Assembly: GCA_000002445.1 (NCBI GenBank)
Contig: CM000208.1
Span: 3,584,001 to 3,648,000, forward strand
Reading direction: 5' to 3'
Length of the DNA: 64,000 nucleotides
Origin: Trypanosoma brucei
Lineage: Eukaryota
Below the pieces are notes generated by a model, which was not told the origin of the DNA, made no database searches, and saw only the letters and a program-made list of their open reading frames with translations. Positions 21,732 through 32,800 of the stretch are shown here, piece by piece. Numbering within the stretch: the first letter of the stretch is position 1; each line of letters starts with the position of its first letter. Both the position numbers and the translations under genes were made by a program.

Positions 21732-23300
21732 ATGGGGGGAGGCGCTTGCAAAATGGAGCGCCATGACGTGCAGCCGAGGGTTTCCAGTAGTCGGGTCAGC
21801 GATTGCTCCACGCCCAGGCAACAGGGAGTTACTTCCGATTCAAGTGAAACCGTTAAAAAAGAAGAGGAACAGCAACAACAACCGATTCTTATACCAAGAC
21901 AACCTTTGGGACCAGGAGCTACCACACCGCCACGGCCAATGGGTGTTGTTAAAATTGGTGACCCACTGGATATTAGAAGTGGTGTCGGAAGCCCACAATG
22001 TGATGTAACTCTGACAACAAACAACACTTGGAACCACTCAACCTCGGCCTTCACTACGAGGTTACCCCATTTTGTGAACACGGAGGGATTTGATGCCTCC
22101 ACAGGTGTTAGGTGGACGGACAACGATACGGCACCAAACCGTCCTCGATCCCGTCGAACATCTATACTAGTAGAAAAGGAAAGTGCGGCTTATCATAACG
22201 GTTATCCTGCTACATATGATGGTGACAGGCACCAGCGGAGTTACTCTCGTGGAGGAAGTTGGTACAAAAATGCCGAGAACAGTGTTTTCCTCCGTTCCAC
22301 TGATATGCCGTCCTTTGCTGGGAATAGCGCACGTTACCCTGGTGATGAGAATAGGAACAAGTCGTTTGCGTCGGCTGCAAATAGTTCATACTTTTTTGGT
22401 GCCAGTTGCAGCCGTCGGAGCGTTGCCCGCAGCGGGACTTGCGTCGTGAACCTGGCAGAAAGCACGAAAACTTTGAGAGGGGCGATGGCAACCTTAAGAA
22501 AGCATGTTCAGCAGGGAGCGAAACCTCTGTCATTGCGAAGTTCATATCGGGATGTTGGTGGTTCCATGGGTTGCTCTTATAATGACGACGTCCCCAGGTC
22601 GAGACTACCGAGCATTTTTACTGCTAACAACGCTATTACGCCTGCACCGGATGGGTCAATGTATGGTGAGTATAATGCATTTAATCGTGATTATGATGCT
22701 CCGGGGGTGTTGGGTGGTGGAAGGGGCGCGATGTTCCCCAACGTTCCCATCAATGGAGGTTTTAAAAAGTCTTCTGTACCCGCGCCACATGTGGGTTCCT
22801 TGTTAGAGTTAGTGGACACTTCTACCGTTTCAGTGTTTGCAGCGGATTCGCGTGCGGAAAGTACGGACGATGCGAATAAGCAACAGCTGCGACGAGTGGC
22901 AAACAATGTGGGGTGCAGTCCTGTTGTAAAGGTCGCATCACCTCCGCGGCAGGCTCAGAGAAATTGTAGGGTTGTTGTTCGGGAGGATTTGGATGGTGTG
23001 GAGTGGCACACAAAAAATGTCGAGTTCCCCGTAGTTGGTAGCGATGAAGGAAACAAAAGTCGCGAAGTTAGCACCACGTTTGCATTGCCCGGATCAATTT
23101 GTACATTTGGGGCCACTACTGACGTAAGTGAAGATAGTGGTCCACGCGGTTGGGTTGGCGTTGGGGGGGATTTTGGAGTTAGTAGTAGTGATTGGTATGC
23201 ACGGCAACGCAGTAAGTTAATGTCTGATGAGTCCGACGTAAACTCTAAGGATGGTGCAGGTGAAGTTGATTCCAGTGGTGACGCCGCGGAAGAGATGTAG
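21732..23300 (+). CDS. Hypothetical protein, Ser/Gly/Asn-rich low-complexity (522 aa)
   Basis: Only long + strand ORF in the 18.4-27.5 kb region; no recognisable domain. Coding status rests on ORF length and strand consistency. Confidence 0.5.
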   Translation: MGGGACKMERHDVQPRVSSSRVSDCSTPRQQGVTSDSSETVKKEEEQQQQPILIPRQPLGPGATTPPRPMGVVKIGDPLDIRSGVGSPQCDVTLTTNNTWNHSTSAFTTRLPHFVNTEGFDASTGVRWTDNDTAPNRPRSRRTSILVEKESAAYHNGYPATYDGDRHQRSYSRGGSWYKNAENSVFLRSTDMPSFAGNSARYPGDENRNKSFASAANSSYFFGASCSRRSVARSGTCVVNLAESTKTLRGAMATLRKHVQQGAKPLSLRSSYRDVGGSMGCSYNDDVPRSRLPSIFTANNAITPAPDGSMYGEYNAFNRDYDAPGVLGGGRGAMFPNVPINGGFKKSSVPAPHVGSLLELVDTSTVSVFAADSRAESTDDANKQQLRRVANNVGCSPVVKVASPPRQAQRNCRVVVREDLDGVEWHTKNVEFPVVGSDEGNKSREVSTTFALPGSICTFGATTDVSEDSGPRGWVGVGGDFGVSSSDWYARQRSKLMSDESDVNSKDGAGEVDSSGDAAEEM

Positions 23301-24556
23301 GCAAAAGAGTAGCAGAGGTGATTAATTTCTCCTACTTGGGTTCCATTTTATTACCATTATTAATTTAGGAACAACTAAATATTAACGAAATAAAGGAAGA
23401 AAACAAAAAAGAGAACGAAAAAAAAGAAAAAGAAAGAAAGAAGATAAATAAAGGGGACGTGGGAGAGCAGAAGAAAAAAAAAGGAAAAGCAAAAGGAAAA
23501 GAAGCTAGAAAAGTAATGGTGCCCATCACATGATGGCAAAAAGGGAAGTGTGTACGTGCCAATGTGGAGGTGAGGGAAGTGAACTGATCCTTTACTTTTG
23601 TCGCGCAGTTGTTATTATTGTAAGGGTTGACTATCATTATTTTTATTGGTGTTATTGTTACTATTATCATTTCAACGAGTAAAGTGAACGATCAGCAAGT
23701 GAATAAGCACGAGCAAGTAACCATTAATAATTATATTGCATACAGTTGTACAATTATGTGTGTAAATGTACCTGTGTGTACGCGTTTTTTTTCCCCCTTT
23801 ATGCTTGTATGTTCGAATCCGGGGATTTAAGTTGTTGTTTTTGTTGTTGTTGTTGGGGTTTTCAAATGTTGTGGGGGATTTCTTCTTCACTCCTCTTCTT
23901 CTTTTTTTTTCTACTTTTACGTTTGGAAGCTCGGCGATACAGAACGCAGAACTTTTCCTTTTTTTTTTTGGTTTAATGCTTATTATTGGTACTGCTGCTG
24001 CTGTTGTCGCTGTTGTTGTTCATTCTAGTCAACATCCTCTCTCAATCGGCCCTTTCCCGTCCTTTCCATGTTATTTTCATTATTTCCACCGCAGTCGCCA
24101 CCATCGTGTTTTCGATTCCCCATCCCTCTTTCTCTCTTTCTTTCCTTTCATTTTTTTTGTTATTATTACTGTTTTCATTGTTATTGTCTCTGTTGCTGGC
24201 CCTTATTAATCGCAATTGTTACTCTTCTTTTCACCTCCATCCCCCTCTTTTTGTGTGTTGTGTGTTTGTATGTGTTTGGCTGTTGTAATTTGTTTGTTTG
24301 TTCTTTTTTCACCTCCCTCCTTCCAACCCCGCATCTTATATTTCGGGTGTCGGGACTGCAACTTCTTGAAAATACCTTTTTTTTTTAATTTTTTACGTTT
24401 GTCGTCGTTCTTTTGCCTCCCTTTTTTTTTTCCTCACTTCGGTGATACTTCCTCCCTTCCTTCCCTTTCTTTTTCCCTTTCTTTTTTGTTTTTGTATGTG
24501 TCTTATATCCCACTTTTTTTCTTTTTTGAGCAGCAAAATAAAAAAAGAAACACATA

Positions 24557-24557
24557 A

Positions 24558-24600
<43 letters not shown>

Positions 24601-24601
24601 A
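24557..24601 (+). repeat. (CA)n-(TA)n compound microsatellite
   Basis: cacacacacacacacacatatatatatatatatatatatata. Confidence 0.9.
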
Positions 24602-26347
24602 TGATAATAATAACAACGGAAACGATGATGGTGATAATATGTATAGGTGTGGATGTATATGAGGATGTATGCGTACATATATATATATATATATATATGC
24701 ACGGGGGGTTCTGAAAAGGATATAAAAAAAAACGTAGAGGCGTCATAATTTGAGTTTACTTTTTTCTGTTTTTTGAAAGGGTTTCGTCTTATTGTTTCGT
24801 ACTTTTTAAAATATCATGGTAATATGGGTAAGGAGGAAGTTTTTTTTTTTGTTCAAAAATTAACATTATGTCCGACGGTGTGTGGTTTGTGGTGCGATTG
24901 TTGTCTGTTTCGTCCGCGGTGTGCGATTTGGGGTTTGAGGGAAGCAAAAAAAGAAAAGATTTGAAATAAAGGAGGGTGTAATTTCCCACTATGGTGACGT
25001 TATTGTTGTGGGTTTTATCAGATGATTGTTTATTATTACCATTATTAGTATTACTATTACTACTACTTTCCACTGTTTCGCTTTTCTTTTTTTTCCTTTT
25101 TCCTTTTTTTTAAAAATTCTATTCCCCTCCCTTGCATCAGTTTCGATGATTAAACACTTACGTTTTGATCACAAATTTTGTGTGAAGCTTCCTCTCTTTG
25201 ACTTTAGTTTTTTTTTGTTTTTGGCGCTCCCATTTGATTTGATCTCTCTTTTTAAGTTTCGGTTTCCCACTCTGTCACCTTCTCCCCTCCCTTTAAATCC
25301 TCACTTTAGTCTTTTGTTGTATTCGGGTATCCATGTTGCGCTACGCCCAGCTGTTTGGAATATTACTTCGGAAGATGAAAAGTTCGGTTTATTTATTTAT
25401 TTATTATTTTTTTTTACGTTCTTTCTTTCTTTCTTCGACATGTTTGTTTTTTCCTATTCTCGAAATCAAAGGCATCACCAACACCACCACCACCAGCAGA
25501 ATTAAGTGAACACATCCGCGAGTTACTGCCATGTGTTAATCCCTTTGCCTTTCTACCCTTCGATGATTTTAAAAAAAAAATTTCCCTTTCGTTTCATGTT
25601 TTTCATCTATATTTTCTTATTCATCCCTTTCTTTCTTTCTTTCTTTTTTCTTTCTTTTTTTCATCCCTTTACATATATAAATAAATAAATATATATATAT
25701 ATATATATATATTTGAGATGTCTTCTTCCCTCGTATCCTCTGTTGCCCTCATTTTACGCGTCCAGAAACTTCCATCATGAGGTGTGACTGCTTTCTTTCT
25801 CCTTTTTGGTGTTAATATGTCTTCAATTCCCTTATAACTTATTGTAATGTTAATTTACCATTCAAAAGGGTTGAAAGATAGAGGGAATGTGTTTTGTTTC
25901 TGTGATATCCTGCTTTAAATTTTTGTCTTTTAATATCTTATTAAGCTTTCTACTCTCTCTCTTTTTCTTTTTTTTCTTTTTGTCCCCCTCCTTTAAAGTT
26001 TTTTCTCGCATATTTTCTCTTGTCCCGTCATCTTTTTGTGCTGTGGTTGTTGGGTGCCGCACATTTTTATGCATACCTCGTTGATGCGGTGATGAAATGC
26101 TGACTTTTTTTTTTTAAAAAAAAGAATCTATCGCGAAGGAGGCTCGATATGTTTGTTGGTTCATCTGTGTGTAAACACATAAATATGTCTTTTTATGCAT
26201 GATTGCCATCAATTTGTTCGTTTCTTTGTTTGCTCGGTTTGTTTTCGTTACTTTTTGTTGTTCCTCATCAACCCGTGTTCCCTCCTTCCGTGAAGGTGGT
26301 TTTAATCTGTTTGTGAATCCGTTTTGTTTCTGTGTGTTTGTGTGTCT

Positions 26348-26396
26348 TTGTTGTTGTTGTTGTTGTTGTTGTTGTTTTGTTTTGTTTTGTTTTTTT
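26348..26396 (+). repeat. (TTG)n then (TTTTG)n microsatellite
   Basis: ttgttgttgttgttgttgttgttgttgttttgttttgttttg. Confidence 0.9.
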
Positions 26397-27119
26397 GTGT
26401 CATCTCACTTCATCTCCTTCCCCATTTTTTGTCTTTCCATTATGCATGTGTACTTACATTGCGTATTCTTTTTTTTTTCCCCCTCTTCCTTCTTCTCTTC
26501 AGCTCTCGTACTTTTTGTCTTATTTCCTCTTTCCTTCGCTACATTCTGTTTTGGGGTCTGCAGCTGCCAAACATATATATATATATATGTTTTATTTATT
26601 TAAATGGTGTTACATTTCCCGCTGCTTCTTTACGAGCATTCAAAACTCTTCTCTTTTTCTTCTCCCTCTCTTCTCCACTTAATCCGTCTATAAATCTGCT
26701 TCTTCATGTATTTAGGCGTTTACCGGCTTCCCTTCAGTGGTTGCACCTCCTTACCCCACCAAAAAAAAAAAATGATTTTGGGATCGGAGAGGTTTAAAAG
26801 GTTGAAGGGAGACGGTGGGAAGAGGAAAGAGGAAGACAAACAGACAAACAAACAAATGCTCAAATATATAAAGAAAAGTACAAGGGACAAAATGTTAGTA
26901 GCGGTGGTGGCACGAGGAGATAATAAAAGAGGGGAAACCCTTCCGAATCGGAGATACGAGATGGAAATTAGGAAGTGCCACACACGCCGGAGAGCATCAG
27001 CGTAACAAAACGTGATGTCACTAATGCAGTAAGCAGGAATTAACCAGCCAAGCAGCCAGGACTGAATTACCAGAGGAAGTCCCAATAACAACAAAAGGAA
27101 ATTAAAACATTTGGTCATA

Positions 27120-27340
27120 TATATACGCTTGTTTGTTGTATCTACTTCCCTCAGCTGGCGCTTCCTTTTTTTTTTTGGTGCGTGTGTGTGTTTTTGGATA
27201 GTCTCGTGAGCAGGTTTGTGAAAGTAAGTTTACTTTGAGATGCCCATTCTTGGTACAAATTATTATATTCTATTTGCTGTGACAGTTTGGACTATTACAC
27301 CTACTTGACCCGATTTTTTCCCTCTCTCTCTCTCTCACTA
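27120..27340 (+). promoter_or_regulatory. Pyrimidine-rich tract with (CT)n upstream of the 1634-aa gene
   Basis: …cttcctttttttttttggtg… and ccctctctctctctctcact within ~150-350 nt of the ATG at 27466. Confidence 0.35.
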
Positions 27341-27383
27341 CGACCCTTGTTTGTATTTAAATTCACATCCGCATTTATGCGTG

Positions 27384-27416
27384 CACACACACACAAACAC
27401 ACACACACACATACAA
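27384..27416 (+). repeat. (CA)n microsatellite
   Basis: cacacacacacaaacacacacacacacatacaaaca. Confidence 0.85.
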
Positions 27417-27465
27417 ACATTCATTTAAGCATACCTGTGCGGCTCTCGGCCAAACATAACGCCAG

Positions 27466-30400
27466 ATGACGTATAAGGAAGTCGCGCTTTCGTCTCAGTT
27501 AAATGGTGTGTTCCACTGTGCCGCAGTTGTTACCCTTCGAACAGCACCGGCAGACACGCTTCACCACCCGGTGTCGAGCAGTGGGACACACAAGCAAGTT
27601 CCTGATGGAGGTGTGAAATGTGAGGAACTCGAAGGAGATAATCGCCGTAGCCGCAGCCCTTCCATAACTGTTTTCACAGTTTTAAACCCCAAAGCGGCGT
27701 CGTCTTCTCTGCAAGTCCGCCAACTCCCCCAACAACCCCCAGAGGAAATGCGTTGCACGCTGTGGGTAGGAGCAAGTAGCGGTGATATTGAGGTGCGGTC
27801 GGCGGTACAACCTGACCGTGTACTTCGTTTTGTACCAAAAAAGTCGCGGGCCGTTGTTACTTCACTCATTCAAATTGGTTCTAGCCGCGTGGTCGCCGGC
27901 CTTTCCGATGGGTATATTCGTGTATTTGACGCCGTCACGCTGTGCGAGTATCAGCAGACGCGAGCGCACACGTCTGCTGTCAGGTGCCTGATGGCCGTGG
28001 CAACCCCAATAGTACAAGGAGTTCAACCAGAATGTGAATTTACACCTGCCCCAGTTTTCCTGACGGCGTCTTCCGATCGTACAATAGCAAAGTGGGATGC
28101 TGTATCCTTACAGTGTCTCTGTAGGCTGAAGGGACACACGTGTTCCGTTTCAGCATTAGTGTCGACACTTAACGGTGTCTTTGTTTTTAGCGGTGCTGAC
28201 GATGGGTCGCTGCACATGTGGTCGATGGTCGATAATACACAAGTGGTGGGGAGGCCCACTACCGTTGCCAAGAGTGCGGGTAAAAAAAAGCGAACTGGAA
28301 AGGACCTTTTAGGACCTTCTCCTCATCGACAAAAGTCACAATTACCGAAATGTAGCTTGGAGGAACCTCAAGTAAAACAAACGAGCCAAGCGAGCGGTCG
28401 TGGAGCTTCTCAGGCCAGGCCGGGGAAGTGTCGTACGAGTAGGTCCGCTTCCGTAGGAATAATGAAGGTGCGGAGCCTGCTGCGCTCGCCTTCTATCGGA
28501 AGCCCTCAAAGGCATCGGGTTGACGGAGGGGGAACAGGGCGCTCGCGTTCAATTGCAGCCATGCAAAGACATGGTCTCTTGCCAAAAATTAACTGGGGAA
28601 AAGATCTTGCGTTGCCTACCACTGCCGCTAGGGCACCAAATACTGCCACGAGGGATTCTGACAGTGACAGGCAATTTGATGGAAGTTCAGATGACGAAAA
28701 CCTGTTGACTGCGGAGCCTGTTATACCTGTCGATGGCCAAGGCTCAGCAGTTTTCTGTCGGAGTGGGCGAAATGTTGGTGATGGTGTGGGCGCTCCGCGA
28801 GAGGGAAGGAAAGGTCGAGGCAAGCTGAAAAAGAAATCTGCGCAGCAAGTGCAGGTGTCACGCTTCGCGGATGTACTCGCAAAGCTTCAAGGCCCTGTTT
28901 CTGATAGCGCGATGGGTTGCCGCCTGGCGGCGGTGCATTCGGAGCCTGTTGCATCTGGAATAGAGGGTGGTACCCTCCTTTGGCCATTGAAGTGTGAGCA
29001 CGCTAAGCGGATTACTCACCTGGCCATTGTTTGGGACCGGTTTTTGCTAAGTGGGTCGTCTGATGGTGAAGTCAAAGTTTTAGCTCTGCCTTCTGGCCGA
29101 TCAATTCGCACTGTCCACAGAGGTTACACTCCTGTGACAGGTATGACTGTCGATAACGCTCGTTGTTTGCTGTGGATTGCAACAGCGGATGGCTGCTTTC
29201 ACGTGCACAATATGTTGACTCCGGATTTGCAACAACTGCATGCATGGCGAGACCTCAGCACTCCACGACCCCTTTTAGTACCAATGACAACGAATCGCTT
29301 GTTATGTCAGCTTTATCTACTGGCAGCACCTGGAAGTAAGAAGAAGTTGTTTGACAGTCGTAGTGCTGGAAACAAGATCAAGCCAAAGATCAACTTGGAA
29401 AGTAGAAATATCAATTGTAAACGGAAGAAGACGGGACAAGTAGCCCCTACCGACCAAGGAGCCCAGTCTGGGTTAGTTGAACCTGAAGAAGCGGTTCAAG
29501 CGCCGCCTAACGCAACATTGGCGTGTATTCAGGTGGATGATGGGGACGATGAGGCACTGGCCGATATAGGTTCGCTTCGCAAGTTGGACGTTGCTCATAT
29601 GAAAGCGCGCTGTACAATCGCCAAAATGGAATCGAAAGAGGAAGTGTTCCGTAGGGTATTGCGCCGACCTGTAACCGACGATGGCATGGAGTTGCGTGAG
29701 TGTTTGTTAAAGGAGCAAACACGCGTTGTCAACGCCTTATATGGTACTCGCTTTCATTTTTCTCTACGGGATTCGTTTAGGCGCTGGATGGCCTGGTCAA
29801 CGCGGCGCGTTAGACGGTACCAATGTATGCGAAGGGTGCGGTTTCTGGCGGCAACTAATCAGGAGCGCCTACTCGGCTGCTATTTTAGGAAATGGAGGCG
29901 GCACCGTGTCTCACAGAGACTTGTAGAGCAAGACGTGCAGATAAGATCGTTGGAGTCTCGTTCCTTCAGTACAACGGTGGAGCGCTGTGCGAAACCTTGT
30001 GGTGTGGCTCTTGGTGGCAGGGCATGCGTCGCCCTCGCAAGCACACAACGGCGCAACCTGCTGCATCGTTACTACAGATACTGGCTTCATCACGTCGTAG
30101 GTTTACGGCAGGCGCTGTCGCGTTCTGTGGCCTTCAACCGTTTGTTCCTCTCGTTTGACTCCAAAGTGTGTGACAGTGCCTTCGTGTTCCGTCGGTTAGC
30201 AACGACCAACCAGTGCGCACAACGACAAAAGCGGGCGCTACAACTGCTGCTGCTGCGGATGGAGGCTCACTACCGTCAACTGCAGCACCGCTGTATGCGA
30301 AGGTGGTTTTCCTTTCTCCAGGATCAAAGAGAGTCGCGGCAGACATACAATCTCGTGGAAACGCTCACATCTGTGTTAGTCAATGGGGAGGCACTTAGGA

Positions 30401-32370
30401 TGAGTGCCTACTTCAAGTGGTATAGGTTCGCATTGTTTGAAACAAAGCTTCACCGCTTTGATGAAGAGCGCGCGACGCTGCAGCGGGAGTGGATCGTTGT
30501 GCAGAACGCACTAGAAAGTAAGGAAACCGTGGCTAACCTGAAGCAGGAAGAGGTGCAGTTGGAGGTTGAAATTGCCCAGTTAGCATATGAGCGTGATGAA
30601 ATAGACTCACAGAATGTCTCGCTTCGTGCGGATATTGTACACATCCAAATGAGCAAGTCTCTTGACTGTATTCTCGCCGGGTACGTTGACGCGGAGGATA
30701 AACTGAAGACAGTTCCGCGGTTATTACCGGAACCTCCATTTCACAGCCGCCGTTTGTGGACTTCCAGCGGCGAGCGGTTTTCCCCTGTGAATGAGGATGA
30801 CTCGTCTGCTGAGGCAGCGTTACTCAGTCAGCTGTCCGCCGTGTTGCGCGCACTCAAAGCTACGGTTTTACGTTGTAGGCGGCACTGTAGTCTTATCACG
30901 ACATCCCATGACCGGGTGCTGCGAATTCCTATTTGGGACAAGCCGGTTGAAACGCGAGAGTGGAGCTCCGGAGTTTCACATTCATCCGTTGGCGGCGATT
31001 CGTCGGCCCTCCACGGAACGTCAGGGGCTTCTTTATCAGACACACGCTATTCGAGTGAGCGCCGCAGGAGCATCGCCAGCTCCACTCATACGGTGGCGTA
31101 CCTAGCTGATGAGTTTGGTCGAACTGTGGGACGTCTTCGTTTGCTTATTGAGGAGGTCGCCAGACAAGCCGGTGCTGATCTCGAGGAGTCGACGGACCAA
31201 ACCCTGTCCGCCTTCTTGAAACACAAGAATTCCATTGGTATGGGCAGTGAGAGCATTCGGGTGATAAACGCAGAGTGCCCGTCAGTGGAGTGGCTGAATT
31301 TTGTCCCCTCCACCAAACGAGCAGAGATCCTTCCGCTCCTTGCGGATTTGGTGACCATGTATGACTCGTTTAAAGCGCATAGCGATACTGAAATAGAGAC
31401 AGGCGGGAAGACATTGTCAACTAGGGGTGCGCTCACATCTGCACCACTGCCGCTGCGGAGTTTGTGCCGGACGCAAGCGGCGATGTGGCTGGTCCGCCAT
31501 TCCGCCGTAATATTGGAGTTAATGGCACCGGGCACATGGGAAAAGCATTTAAATGTGTGGTTTTTAGCGGATTCGATGAAGGATTCGGTGGCGCTGTTCA
31601 ACCAAAATCTGGACGTAGGGTTGGCAACACCAAAGCGAACGAAAAAGAAGGAGTCATCAGCCGAACTGAAGGACACTTCTTCAATCCTGTCAGACATCTC
31701 CTTCCAGCCATCAAAGGCAGTTGTGAAGGAGAAACGCAAGAAAATTCCCAAGACTGTTGCTAGTGGTAAGGGTACCCCTAGAAAGGCGTCTTCAGTTTCC
31801 TCCCCCATCACGTCACAGCCTAGTGTGGAGAGCACACCCGTAAGATTATGGGCGTCACCCAAAGCGGCGATTGTTCAGCCACAGCGAAAGCCTGCCGTAT
31901 CCTGTAGCAACCTCCACTCTCCGGTTAGCCGCAGCGTGTGTGGACCTCTGGATGGTGAGTTTGTTGTACATGCAGCGCAACGCTCTAATTCGGTTCCCCT
32001 ACGACATCACAGTGCTATCTCGAGCTCAAGGTCTTTTGCTTCTGCTCCGTTGACGCGCCCTTACCTTGGGTTCCGTGTTGCCGTTGGCCGCGACAGCAGT
32101 GGATGTACAACACTATCAATTCAGGAAGTCACCCAAACTTACACCGGAAGTAATGGTGGCGCTGATCTTATGGGTCCAGCGTTTGCTGCCGGATTGCGCG
32201 TCGGTGACCAACTCGTCCGCTTTGCAGGTTACACAGTTACAGAACTGGCTGCGTTCAATACTGTTGTGGCAAGGCACGTGCGACCCTCGGCTTCTATTCC
32301 CGTTGTATTCTCCCGTGATGGCGTAGTAATGTCCGCCACAATTGTGGTTGGTGAGAAAAGAAGGGAGTGA
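27466..32370 (+). CDS. Large hypothetical protein: N-terminal WD40 repeats, central coiled-coil/Arg-rich region, C-terminal PDZ-like domain (1634 aa)
   Basis: WD-repeat signatures are visible (GLSDGYIRVFD, SSDRTIAKWD, GADDGSLHMWS, GSSDGEVKVL). The C-terminal segment GFRVAVGR…LSIQEVTQ…AGLRVGDQLVRFAGYTV…VVFSRDGVVMSATIV has PDZ-like topology. Confidence 0.8.
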   Translation: MTYKEVALSSQLNGVFHCAAVVTLRTAPADTLHHPVSSSGTHKQVPDGGVKCEELEGDNRRSRSPSITVFTVLNPKAASSSLQVRQLPQQPPEEMRCTLWVGASSGDIEVRSAVQPDRVLRFVPKKSRAVVTSLIQIGSSRVVAGLSDGYIRVFDAVTLCEYQQTRAHTSAVRCLMAVATPIVQGVQPECEFTPAPVFLTASSDRTIAKWDAVSLQCLCRLKGHTCSVSALVSTLNGVFVFSGADDGSLHMWSMVDNTQVVGRPTTVAKSAGKKKRTGKDLLGPSPHRQKSQLPKCSLEEPQVKQTSQASGRGASQARPGKCRTSRSASVGIMKVRSLLRSPSIGSPQRHRVDGGGTGRSRSIAAMQRHGLLPKINWGKDLALPTTAARAPNTATRDSDSDRQFDGSSDDENLLTAEPVIPVDGQGSAVFCRSGRNVGDGVGAPREGRKGRGKLKKKSAQQVQVSRFADVLAKLQGPVSDSAMGCRLAAVHSEPVASGIEGGTLLWPLKCEHAKRITHLAIVWDRFLLSGSSDGEVKVLALPSGRSIRTVHRGYTPVTGMTVDNARCLLWIATADGCFHVHNMLTPDLQQLHAWRDLSTPRPLLVPMTTNRLLCQLYLLAAPGSKKKLFDSRSAGNKIKPKINLESRNINCKRKKTGQVAPTDQGAQSGLVEPEEAVQAPPNATLACIQVDDGDDEALADIGSLRKLDVAHMKARCTIAKMESKEEVFRRVLRRPVTDDGMELRECLLKEQTRVVNALYGTRFHFSLRDSFRRWMAWSTRRVRRYQCMRRVRFLAATNQERLLGCYFRKWRRHRVSQRLVEQDVQIRSLESRSFSTTVERCAKPCGVALGGRACVALASTQRRNLLHRYYRYWLHHVVGLRQALSRSVAFNRLFLSFDSKVCDSAFVFRRLATTNQCAQRQKRALQLLLLRMEAHYRQLQHRCMRRWFSFLQDQRESRQTYNLVETLTSVLVNGEALRMSAYFKWYRFALFETKLHRFDEERATLQREWIVVQNALESKETVANLKQEEVQLEVEIAQLAYERDEIDSQNVSLRADIVHIQMSKSLDCILAGYVDAEDKLKTVPRLLPEPPFHSRRLWTSSGERFSPVNEDDSSAEAALLSQLSAVLRALKATVLRCRRHCSLITTSHDRVLRIPIWDKPVETREWSSGVSHSSVGGDSSALHGTSGASLSDTRYSSERRRSIASSTHTVAYLADEFGRTVGRLRLLIEEVARQAGADLEESTDQTLSAFLKHKNSIGMGSESIRVINAECPSVEWLNFVPSTKRAEILPLLADLVTMYDSFKAHSDTEIETGGKTLSTRGALTSAPLPLRSLCRTQAAMWLVRHSAVILELMAPGTWEKHLNVWFLADSMKDSVALFNQNLDVGLATPKRTKKKESSAELKDTSSILSDISFQPSKAVVKEKRKKIPKTVASGKGTPRKASSVSSPITSQPSVESTPVRLWASPKAAIVQPQRKPAVSCSNLHSPVSRSVCGPLDGEFVVHAAQRSNSVPLRHHSAISSSRSFASAPLTRPYLGFRVAVGRDSSGCTTLSIQEVTQTYTGSNGGADLMGPAFAAGLRVGDQLVRFAGYTVTELAAFNTVVARHVRPSASIPVVFSRDGVVMSATIVVGEKRRE

Positions 32371-32800
32371 CGCAAGTAGAAGACAACTCATACCTATTGA
32401 TGTTCTCTTATAATGATTAGGGATACTTTTCATTTTAAAATTCTCTCACGTCGACCCTAATCAATATCTCCCCCTCTCCAAACAGTGTACCGTACTTCCT
32501 AGACAGGCATTAACTCTTCCTTTTTGCCTCTCCTACCCCACTCATTTCCTTTTTGTACTATCCTCATCAAATAGGAACGTTGGTTCACACCTTCACGACA
32601 CGTAAAGCATTCACAATTACACCACAAACATAATAATAACAGCAACTTCCTTCTTTCCTTCCTCTTACAAAATGCTTTTCCTTCTAATTGCCACACTCTC
32701 GTACTTTCATCTGTATTGTTTCTCCATTTGCTCTTTCCTTAAGTTAGCGCAAACGTCACACACTGTGTTTTGAGAAACTTCTACACTTTGTGAAATTACA

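Noticed and set aside
23795-23830. tRNA-like T-loop consensus GTTCGAATCC
   Set aside because: The flanking bases (gtatg / cgggg) cannot form a T-stem, and no acceptor, D or anticodon arms can be drawn. It is an isolated motif in a repeat-rich region.
31086-31862. 258-aa minus-strand ORF
   Set aside because: Lies fully antisense within the well-supported 1634-aa + strand gene; typical antisense ORF in GC-balanced coding sequence.
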